From an uncultured Bacilli bacterium (GTDB lineage Bacteria > Bacillota_I > Bacilli_A > ML615J-28 > CAG-313): a stretch of DNA of 64,000 nt. The notes under the pieces are model-generated. The model saw nothing but the letters and a program-made list of their open reading frames with translations, did no database searches and was not told where the DNA came from. The stretch is taken from contig CAKONV010000006.1 in assembly GCA_934098295.1 (NCBI GenBank), positions 31,595-95,594 of the forward strand. The letters are read 5' to 3'. The translations under genes were made by a program, and so were the position numbers. Shown here piece by piece: positions 56,975-64,000 of this stretch (position 1 is the stretch's first letter; each line of letters starts with the position of its first letter).

Positions 56975-57430
56975 ATGAAGTTAGATGAACTAGCAAAAAG
57001 AATAGCTAATCACTTAGCAGTAGAAGAACTTGAAATTAAGTTTGACAAAATTATTGATGATAGTAGATTATACCCAAAAGAAGGACTTATTGTTATTAGT
57101 GAAAAGTACAAAGAAAATTATATCGAGTGTGCTAAATCTTTGACACATGAATATAGACATGTATTTCAAATATATTATGCTAATTTAGTGAATGATGAAT
57201 TAGTAAAAATATGGAGAGAAGAACTTGGGGCAGCAAAAAATTCAAATAACATAAATATTAATAATGCAACTGAATTTACTGAATATAGTTTACAAATGAT
57301 TGAAATTGATGCTGAAGCATTTACTGTCTATTATTTAAAAGAATATGAAAATATTTATACAGATTTTAAATCAAGCAAACACAAAAGACTTATTGATAAT
57401 TATATTATTAGACATAAACAAATAATGTAA
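56975..57430 (+). CDS. ImmA/IrrE-like zinc metallopeptidase (HExxH)
   Basis: It has LTHEYRHVFQ (the HExxH motif) and the downstream EIDAEAFTVYYL block, which parallels the ImmA/IrrE third-ligand region. It is 151 aa. Confidence 0.5.
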   Translation: MKLDELAKRIANHLAVEELEIKFDKIIDDSRLYPKEGLIVISEKYKENYIECAKSLTHEYRHVFQIYYANLVNDELVKIWREELGAAKNSNNININNATEFTEYSLQMIEIDAEAFTVYYLKEYENIYTDFKSSKHKRLIDNYIIRHKQIM

Positions 57431-57564
57431 AAAATCATGATATTTTATTATTGGGACATTTTCTAAAATTAATTATTAAAACATTATCATAAAATAAACA
57501 CACAATCTAAAGAATTAAAATTATAATTCTTTAATAATTTATTTTTTGGTGCTATAATTAAACA

Positions 57565-58036
57565 AGATAAAAGTCCTAAAAACATATAAGCAGGTTAATG
57601 AAAACAAGGAAGTGGTATGGATTATAGCGCGGGTTCACTTATTGAATGATAAGGTCCATAATAAAAGTTACATACCTACAACCGATTACAACTAGATTAC
57701 GTTTATCTAGATGTAATAAAATATTAAATGAAGCTGATATAACTTCAATAAAAGTATATCATAAATAAAAAAATCGTGTTTTTATCTGAACTGTTCATTT
57801 AATATTTCAGTTTAGATTATACACGAATAAAAAAATCGTGTTTTTATCTGAACTGTTCATTTAATATTTCAGTTTAGATTATACACGAATAAATATTGCC
57901 TCCTTGTGTTAATTAGTAATAGTCGACATATTATTATAGCACGAGGAGTTTTTATTATCTTGTATCATCACCCAATTTTTTAAATACATAATTATAAAAA
58001 AAACGGGTGATGAAAATGACATCACCTTGATTTTTT
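57565..58036 (+). ncRNA. Candidate non-coding transcript (extended -10 promoter to intrinsic terminator) containing the 62-bp tandem hairpins
   Basis: An extended -10 element (TGcTATAAT) lies at 57550-57558. There is no ORF longer than 10 codons. A terminator (GGTGATG-aaaatga-CATCACC plus TTGATTTTTT) lies at 58006-58036. This is purely structural inference. Confidence 0.25.
57766..57889. repeat. Perfect 62-bp tandem duplication; each unit is an imperfect 18-20 bp hairpin
   Basis: The unit is TAAAAAAATCGTGTTTTTATCTGAACTGTTCATTTAATATTTCAGTTTAGATTATACACGAA, present twice head to tail. The arms are TCGTGT..TTATCTGAACTG and CAGTTTAGATTA.ACACGA. Confidence 0.85.
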
Positions 58037-58077
58037 AAAGGTATGTTAAATCACCCCAATTTTTTAAATAACTAAAT

Positions 58078-58102
58078 AAACTCAAGATTTATTCTTGAGT
58101 TT
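58078..58102. terminator. Bidirectional terminator hairpin at the 3' end of the MerR gene
   Basis: The hairpin is AAA-CTCAAGA-tttat-TCTTGAG-TTT. Confidence 0.6.
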
Positions 58103-58105
58103 ATT

Positions 58106-58912
58106 TTAATTATTACTTTCAACAGGTATTACAAAACGTGAACAATATCTATTTTCAGCAATTTCTCGACCTGAGTATGCTGCGATAATACCTATAGCAC
58201 GAGGAAGACCACCTGGCTTTAATTTTCTTTTCTTTAACTCTTCATTGATAATTAACCAACAATCATCGGATTTTTCATAATCACCATAATAAAGAACAGA
58301 TAAGGCTTTACAAGCAGGTAGTATAACTGAACCTTCAAATTTTTCTCTTAATGGAACGCAAACATAAAATGAATATGGTTCATTAGTTAAGTGACCATTT
58401 AAAAAGTCATTTCGTTCGTGGATATCAAAAAGAGGTTCATCGGATAAAACACATCCTTTTTTGACACATTCAGTATAGAATGCATACATTGCATCATATT
58501 TATTTTTAGGTGTTGAACCAATTGCTTTTTTCATCATACAAATAGTTTGTGGAAGATTAATCATTTCAATTAAGATGTCCCCTTCTTTGTGTGATTTAAT
58601 TTTTAGTTCTTCAACACTTCGTTGTAAGTTTGAAAGCATTTCTTCGAGAGGTGAAAGAATTTTTGAAATTTGACCGCCAGATTTATAAAAATCTATAATG
58701 TCTTCATTAGATAATCCCATATTTTTAAATTTTTCTATTTCCAAAATACGAGCAATGTTATAATTGTCATAATATCTTCGGCCGCTTTCTTTAGATATAT
58801 AAGCAGGTTTAATAAGTCCTTTTTCTTCTAATCGTATTAGGGTGCTTCTTGATATACCACAAGCCTTAGCCGCTTCGGTTATCTTAAATAAATTTTTTGA
58901 TTTTTCATTCAT
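58106..58912 (-). CDS. MerR-family transcriptional regulator with GyrI-like effector-binding C-terminal domain (BmrR/TipA-like architecture)
   Basis: It has the MerR HTH (FKITEAAKACGISRSTLIRLEEKGLIKP...GRRYYD), a coiled-coil linker and a roughly 150-aa C-terminal domain. The start is set at the second ATG (58912) behind AAAGGAG. The first ATG (58942) would place the operator dyad inside the coding sequence. Confidence 0.8.
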   Translation of the reverse strand: MNEKSKNLFKITEAAKACGISRSTLIRLEEKGLIKPAYISKESGRRYYDNYNIARILEIEKFKNMGLSNEDIIDFYKSGGQISKILSPLEEMLSNLQRSVEELKIKSHKEGDILIEMINLPQTICMMKKAIGSTPKNKYDAMYAFYTECVKKGCVLSDEPLFDIHERNDFLNGHLTNEPYSFYVCVPLREKFEGSVILPACKALSVLYYGDYEKSDDCWLIINEELKKRKLKPGGLPRAIGIIAAYSGREIAENRYCSRFVIPVESNN

Positions 58913-58929
58913 AAATTGCTCCTTTTTTC

Positions 58930-58960
58930 TTGACTCGTTCATCTATGAACGTGTTATAAT
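58930..58960 (+). promoter_or_regulatory. MerR-type promoter with 19-bp spacer and internal dyad, facing the large surface-protein gene
   Basis: It is TTGACT, the 19-nt spacer CGTTCATCTATGAACGTGT, then TATAAT. The spacer contains the dyad CGTTCAT-ct-ATGAACG. Confidence 0.65.
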
Positions 58961-59083
58961 ATATTATAGTATGATTATATATAAATGTCAATATTTAAAA
59001 CCTAGTTTACAATATTTTTTTACATTTATTTTATATGATTTACCGTTAAACATTTATGAAAAAGTATAGAAGGAGAATTTTAA

Positions 59084-62000
59084 ATGAAAAAGCTAAAAAA
59101 GATTTATATATTTTTCGGATTATTCTTGTTGATTTTTGTTTCAATTTATTCATTCTCAATTCAAGTTTTTGCGGCAACAAATGAAAAAACTACAGATGGA
59201 AAATGGACAAATTCTCATACAACCGAAAATCTTGTAGCGTTAACTAGTGATACACTTACGGAACAAGGTTGGTATAGACCGATACCCGATCAAGTAAAAG
59301 ATCAAGTAGGTAAAACAGCAGGTGATGACCATCTTACAAGTTTTACTGATCCCTATGGAATACAAGCTAGAGGTTCTTCAGATGATATTGGTGATAAAGA
59401 TTATTCTAATGGAGTATGGGTGAGAGTAAAACTATCAGCGGCTGATATTGAAAAAGCCAACAAAGGCGATTTAACAATTGATGCATCAGCTAGATACTAT
59501 GAACAACTTACGGCTACTCATTACTGTTCTGTTCAAATATTTTTTGAAAAAGGTAGTAATTATGCTGCCATTAGTAATATTGGTACTAAGAAAAAACTTA
59601 GTAAAAATGGTGAAGTATTGACTATTAGTGGCAAAATTCCAGCAGGTACAACTTCATTTCGTTATTATGTATCAAACTGGGGAAGTCTTGCAGGAAAACC
59701 ATTTATTGGTGATTTAAGATGTAGCATAAGTGATAGAACAGCAGCCAAGATGACTTCAGTAACATTCGATAATAGTAGCATTACCGATCAAGAAAATAAT
59801 GTTGCAGTTTCTGGTGATAGCCTTATATATGATTTGAATTTTGATGAAAAAATTAAATCAATTGAAACAACAAGTTTCTATACAGGTATTGCAAGCTTAA
59901 TGTTTGAGGGTGAAACCGAACCAGAACTTACAGCATCACCTACATTAGTACATGAAAACGGAAAATCCAAAGTTAGATATATTTTTAATTTACAAGATTT
60001 CTATAAAACTGGAAAATTATACCTTTCAAGCATAAATCATTTAAAAGTATTAGATGAAGGTTCAAACACAACATTGGTAAATGGTGATGTAACTAGCCCA
60101 AAGATACAGTATTATAAAGATATGTCAGTTAAAATAGATGTTAATAATTTAACTTATCGTTATTATAATGTAGCTAAATATAATAAGGATCTAACGGCAA
60201 CTTTAATCTCTAAAAAAGGTTATGAATTACCTAGTACAATTACAGTCTATGCGGGAACAACTAGACTAAAAACTACACAATATAGTTATAACAAAGTAAC
60301 TGGTGATATTACAGTTTATGGAAAAGCGATAACTGGTGATATTAAAATTAAAGCAAGTGGTGTACCTAAAAAATATAATGTAACATTTGACAAAAAAGGT
60401 GGTATTAATGGATCCGATTCCGTTATTACAACCTACTCAGAAAGTATGCCAACTATTACTGTTCCTACCAAAAAAGGATACACGTTTTTAGGATATTACT
60501 ATGGTGAAAATGGACAAGGTAGAAAATATTATAACGCTGATGGTACTAGTGCTACAACATTTTACTGTTATACAGATATAACTTTGTATGCAGCATGGGA
60601 AGCAAACACTTATACAATTATTTATGATAAGAATACCCCTGCTAACGCAAGTAATCAAGTAATGGGAACAATGGATGATTCTATTCATACGTATGATATT
60701 TCTAAAGCCTTATCTTGCAATTTATATTCTTTGGTTGGTTACACATTCAAAGGATGGGCCACTTCAAACAATGGTTCGGTGATTTATAGTGATGAAGAAA
60801 GTGTTCTAAATCTAAGAGAAAGTGGAAGTATTACTCTTTATGCAGTATGGGAAGCCAACAAATATGAAATTAAATATAATGCTAACAAACCATTGGGTAG
60901 CTCTGGTAACATCTTTGGAAGCATGAATAATTCCAATCATACTTATGATGTAACTAAAAATCTTTTAGATAATGAATATTCTTTAGTTGGTTACACCTTC
61001 AAAGGCTGGTCAAAAAGTTTAAATGGAATAGTTGACTTTAAAGATGGTGAAGACATTAGCAACTTATCAAGTGAAAATAGCGATATTGTAAATCTATATG
61101 CAGTATGGGAAGCAAACACCTATAAGATAAGTTATAATAGTAATCAACCATTAGGTAGTTCTGGTACAATTACCGGAACAATGGATGATTCGATTTATAA
61201 ATATGATGAAGAAAATGCATTAGACGTAAATGGTTTTTATTTAATTGGTTATACATTTAAGGGATGGGCAATAGTAAAAGATGGTGTAATAGTATATACT
61301 GACAAACAAAATGTTAAAAATCTAGCGAGTGAAAATAATGATGTGGTTAATCTATATGCAGTGTGGGAAGCAAATAAATATTCTATTGTGTTTAACACTA
61401 TGGGAGGAAGTTTTGTAAACAAAATAATAATAACGTATGATGAAGATTTTTCAGACATTGTTATACCAAGTCGTAAAGGATATAATTTTCAAGGGTATTA
61501 TTCTCTTCCAGAAGGAGAAGGTACTAAGTATTACAACGCAAACGGTACGGCAATTTTCGCTAAGTATAATGATGATTGTGATATTACATTATATGCTAAA
61601 TGGACACCAATTGTATATAATATTGAGTTATATAATGAAGGTAAATGTGTAGAAATAATTAAAGATGTGGTATATGGACACATGCGTTTACCATCATGTC
61701 AAGATTTAGGCATCAAAAAGGCTAATTATGACTTTGTAGGTTGGAATATCTATGAAGATCAAAATTGGAGCATGTATAATGCTAATTTTGACTATGATAG
61801 CGGTCTTGGTGAATATGAAGGCCAAAGTGTAGTTTTATATGCAGCCTGGCTTGAAAAAAATATTTATTCAATTAATTATAATGCTAATGGTGGAATTGGT
61901 GCTCCAGGAATGATGCAAGCTCATGTGGATGAAACAATCACATTAACAACACTTATACCAACAAGAATTAATTATAAGTTTTTGGGTTGGTCAACAAATC

Positions 62001-64000
62001 TTAATAGTATAGTAGTAGAATATTTACCAGGTTCATCCTTCACAATGGGAGACTCTCCTGTGACATTATATGCGATATGGGAACTTAACCCTTCACTTAG
62101 TTATAATGCTAATGGTGGTAGGTTTTTATATCAAGCAGAAACTCTATATCCACAAGAAGGTTCTAGTGTAACTATCACTTCGATGATACCAGTCTTAGCT
62201 GGATATGTTTTTATTGGTTGGAATGAAAATAAGGATGCAAGTGTTGCAACTTATAATTCTGGTGATACATTTATCATGCCAAGTACCAACACAGTTTTGT
62301 ACGCAATATGGAAAAAAGCAGAATATACGATTACTCAAACAGTTGCAACTGGTTATAGCGTAAGTGAATTATTATTAAATTATCAATATAATGATGTAGT
62401 TACATTTAGTGTATCGGGAACAAATCCCAAAGTCTATGTTAATGGTGAATTAATAACTCCTATTAATGGTATTTATTCATTTATCATTACTAAAAATTCA
62501 AACTTAATCATTACCGATGGTTCAAAGATTTCCTTGATTTATTCAGGAAATGGAGGAATAAATGAACCAGTTGATAGAAATTCATATGATATAAATTCTA
62601 ATGCAGTAATATCTGCAAATTATCCTTCAAGAATAGGTTATCATTTTTTAGGCTGGTCCACTAATAAAGAATCATCTACTCCTGAATATTATGCCGAAAA
62701 CATAATTAATTTTGAAAGTGAGGATATTATTCTTTATGCAGTGTGGAAAGCAAATAATTATCAAATAACATATAATGCTAATGGTGGTACGGGAACAATG
62801 CTTTCAGATTTATTATCATATGATACCACATTTAGACTTTCTATCAATACTTATATAAAGAATGGATACACATTCCTTGGTTGGTCACTAAATCCAACTG
62901 GTGAAAAAATGTATAATGATGGTGATGATGTTATTAATCTTTCATACATTCAAGATGATGAAATAATACTGTATGCTATTTGGAAAAAAACGGTTACGGA
63001 AATTAATTTTGTAACAATTAATGGAATAGATACTAATTTACCATTTCTTATAGATTATGGTTCAAATTTAAATACTGATAATTTAACCAAACCTAGTCGT
63101 ATTGGATACATTTTTTTAGGATATTATACGGAAACAAACGGTGCTGGGGATTTAATAATAGACGCAAATCTCAAATCAACTTTAACAAATGGTTGGTCAT
63201 TAGATATAGAATCAATTACTTTATACTCACACTGGAAACCAATTACATATTCAATAATTTATATGAATGGCCAAACTGAGTGTAACGAACAAATAGTATC
63301 ATATGATACAAATTTTAATTTAATATCATTTAAATCAATGGGAATAAATGTTCCAAATGGATATCATTTTGCGGGATGGTCAACAATACCTTTAAGTAAA
63401 ATAGTTGCATATAATGATAATCAAAATATAACTCAAGCATTAGAAACAAATGATGGTAGTAAAGTATACTTATATGCGGTATTTGAAATTAATCAAAAAT
63501 ATAGTATCATTTATAATGCCAATGGAGGTATAAATGCACCAATTGACAATAATTTGTATTATGTTGGCGATATGATAATTATACCTAATACTATTCCTAC
63601 CCTTGAAGGATACAAATTTTTAGGTTGGTCATATAATTATAAAAATAATCCAATTGATTTTCCTTATGTAAATGATAAATTTGCAATTTCCACCTTATCA
63701 ATGGTAGAAGAAGGAATAACATTGTATGCAGTATGGAAAGAAGACAAAACTTTACAAAGTCAAATCGATCAAGTTAACGCATTAATAAAACAATTACAAT
63801 CATCAATTGAAGGCATAAATAATATAAACGAAGGTTTTGAAAAAAATATTAATCAATTATTAATAGAAATGAAACAAGCCCAAGACGTTCTCAATTCATT
63901 AGATGGTAAGTATGCTACATACGAAGAATTAAACAAAGCTATAACCAAACTAAAAAACGAATTATTAACTGTAAATGTAGCTTTACAAGATGCAATTAAT
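59084..64000 (+). CDS. Large secreted surface protein with 13 Listeria-Bacteroides (Flg_new) repeats and a C-terminal coiled coil; 3' end outside window
   Basis: The ORF is absent from the supplied track, presumably because no stop lies in the window. The ATG at 59084 follows GAAGGAG, and I read 1639 stop-free codons to position 64000. It has a signal peptide (MKKLKKIYIFFGLFLLIFVSIYSFSIQVFA) and 13 units of the type GY(T/K/H)F(K/L)GW...(L)YA(V/I)W. The final segment is coiled coil (LQSQIDQVNALIKQLQSSIEG...). Confidence 0.85.
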   Translation, partial: MKKLKKIYIFFGLFLLIFVSIYSFSIQVFAATNEKTTDGKWTNSHTTENLVALTSDTLTEQGWYRPIPDQVKDQVGKTAGDDHLTSFTDPYGIQARGSSDDIGDKDYSNGVWVRVKLSAADIEKANKGDLTIDASARYYEQLTATHYCSVQIFFEKGSNYAAISNIGTKKKLSKNGEVLTISGKIPAGTTSFRYYVSNWGSLAGKPFIGDLRCSISDRTAAKMTSVTFDNSSITDQENNVAVSGDSLIYDLNFDEKIKSIETTSFYTGIASLMFEGETEPELTASPTLVHENGKSKVRYIFNLQDFYKTGKLYLSSINHLKVLDEGSNTTLVNGDVTSPKIQYYKDMSVKIDVNNLTYRYYNVAKYNKDLTATLISKKGYELPSTITVYAGTTRLKTTQYSYNKVTGDITVYGKAITGDIKIKASGVPKKYNVTFDKKGGINGSDSVITTYSESMPTITVPTKKGYTFLGYYYGENGQGRKYYNADGTSATTFYCYTDITLYAAWEANTYTIIYDKNTPANASNQVMGTMDDSIHTYDISKALSCNLYSLVGYTFKGWATSNNGSVIYSDEESVLNLRESGSITLYAVWEANKYEIKYNANKPLGSSGNIFGSMNNSNHTYDVTKNLLDNEYSLVGYTFKGWSKSLNGIVDFKDGEDISNLSSENSDIVNLYAVWEANTYKISYNSNQPLGSSGTITGTMDDSIYKYDEENALDVNGFYLIGYTFKGWAIVKDGVIVYTDKQNVKNLASENNDVVNLYAVWEANKYSIVFNTMGGSFVNKIIITYDEDFSDIVIPSRKGYNFQGYYSLPEGEGTKYYNANGTAIFAKYNDDCDITLYAKWTPIVYNIELYNEGKCVEIIKDVVYGHMRLPSCQDLGIKKANYDFVGWNIYEDQNWSMYNANFDYDSGLGEYEGQSVVLYAAWLEKNIYSINYNANGGIGAPGMMQAHVDETITLTTLIPTRINYKFLGWSTNLNSIVVEYLPGSSFTMGDSPVTLYAIWELNPSLSYNANGGRFLYQAETLYPQEGSSVTITSMIPVLAGYVFIGWNENKDASVATYNSGDTFIMPSTNTVLYAIWKKAEYTITQTVATGYSVSELLLNYQYNDVVTFSVSGTNPKVYVNGELITPINGIYSFIITKNSNLIITDGSKISLIYSGNGGINEPVDRNSYDINSNAVISANYPSRIGYHFLGWSTNKESSTPEYYAENIINFESEDIILYAVWKANNYQITYNANGGTGTMLSDLLSYDTTFRLSINTYIKNGYTFLGWSLNPTGEKMYNDGDDVINLSYIQDDEIILYAIWKKTVTEINFVTINGIDTNLPFLIDYGSNLNTDNLTKPSRIGYIFLGYYTETNGAGDLIIDANLKSTLTNGWSLDIESITLYSHWKPITYSIIYMNGQTECNEQIVSYDTNFNLISFKSMGINVPNGYHFAGWSTIPLSKIVAYNDNQNITQALETNDGSKVYLYAVFEINQKYSIIYNANGGINAPIDNNLYYVGDMIIIPNTIPTLEGYKFLGWSYNYKNNPIDFPYVNDKFAISTLSMVEEGITLYAVWKEDKTLQSQIDQVNALIKQLQSSIEGINNINEGFEKNINQLLIEMKQAQDVLNSLDGKYATYEELNKAITKLKNELLTVNVALQDAIN

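Noticed and set aside
57766-57889. I considered whether the 62-bp tandem repeat is a CRISPR array.
   Set aside because: There are only two units, they abut directly with no spacer, and no cas genes are in the window.
45345-58105. I considered calling the tRNA-adjacent segment a prophage or integrative element.
   Set aside because: I could recognise no integrase, recombinase, terminase, portal or capsid gene and no duplicated tRNA 3' end. Only lysis-module-like and tail-fibre-like remnants are present, so it is reported as an accessory island and not annotated as a mobile_element.
58936-58951. I considered whether the dyad CGTTCAT-ct-ATGAACG is a LexA/SOS box, which would be relevant to UviA-like UV-inducible toxin loci.
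   Set aside because: Its half-site order and spacing (GTTC-N6-GAAC) are the reverse of the Firmicute LexA consensus I know (CGAAC-N4-GTTCG). Its position inside a 19-bp spacer next to a MerR gene fits a MerR operator much better. I also saw no CGAAC-N4-GTTCG near the sigma gene.
58842-59069. The ORF track lists a 75-aa plus-strand ORF across the MerR 5' end and the divergent intergenic region.
   Set aside because: It runs through the MerR-type promoter and operator, has no RBS, and its product is low-complexity.
60488-61652. The ORF track lists three short ORFs (60488-60688 minus, 61249-61458 minus, 61437-61652 plus).
   Set aside because: They lie inside the long open-ended ORF that starts at 59084. 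Its repeat architecture and signal peptide explain the whole region.
1-64000. Given the Mollicutes-like composition, I considered that TGA might be read as Trp (genetic code 4).
   Set aside because: Many well-supported genes (for example cysK at 18028-18030, phoP and the sigma-locus genes) terminate at TGA at the expected protein length. No conserved protein needs TGA read-through.

Overview
I analysed this 64-kb window by eye, without tools. All family assignments come from motif recognition, not database searches, and hand-indexed coordinates may be off by 1-2 nt. The sequence is very AT-rich and uses the standard genetic code, since many genes end in TGA. It looks like a low-GC Firmicutes or Mollicutes-related chromosome (Erysipelotrichia- or Acholeplasma-like, rich in lipoproteins), but the taxon cannot be fixed by eye. 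Region 1-45.2 kb is mostly + strand housekeeping and accessory metabolism. It holds a beta-lactamase-fold hydrolase, two paralogous GH18 lipoproteins and a complete Pho unit (pstS-pstC-pstA-pstB-phoU-phoP-phoR) with Pho-box-like repeats upstream; its PstS looks circularly permuted. Next come ktrAB (- strand), cysK-cysE, copA, a PatB/MalY-type lyase, a PP-loop ATPase, Mrp/ApbC, a COG0523 metallochaperone pair with a (CCHHHH)x5 insert, GLUG and DUF885 lipoproteins, and the conserved tig-clpX-lon and secG-rnr-smpB blocks. The character changes after tRNA-Gln(CUG) at 45270-45344. The main finding is a compact operon-like locus at about 46.36-55.72 kb. It encodes a small sigma-70-family factor and carries three copies of a 47-49 nt promoter-plus-SD module. 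It also encodes a TM/coiled-coil protein, a phage-type holin (no endolysin seen), a tail-fibre-like Ig protein, an N-terminally truncated and motif-degenerate MurE-like ligase, a 1637-aa RHS/YD toxin with no signal peptide and a glycine-zipper C-terminal domain, and a polytopic membrane immunity candidate. I interpret this as a candidate sigma-controlled, holin-dependent (PaLoc- or UviAB-like) release system for an RHS polymorphic toxin. Downstream lie a degenerate-Fic/MNT fusion, an orphan ImmA/IrrE-like peptidase, a repeat-rich 675-nt non-coding stretch with a perfect 62-bp tandem hairpin duplication, and a MerR regulator facing a textbook 19-bp-spacer MerR-type promoter. That promoter points at an open-ended ORF of at least 1639 aa (59084-64000, 13 Listeria-Bacteroides repeats), which is missing from the supplied ORF track. 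No rRNA, CRISPR array, IS element or integrase was recognised.
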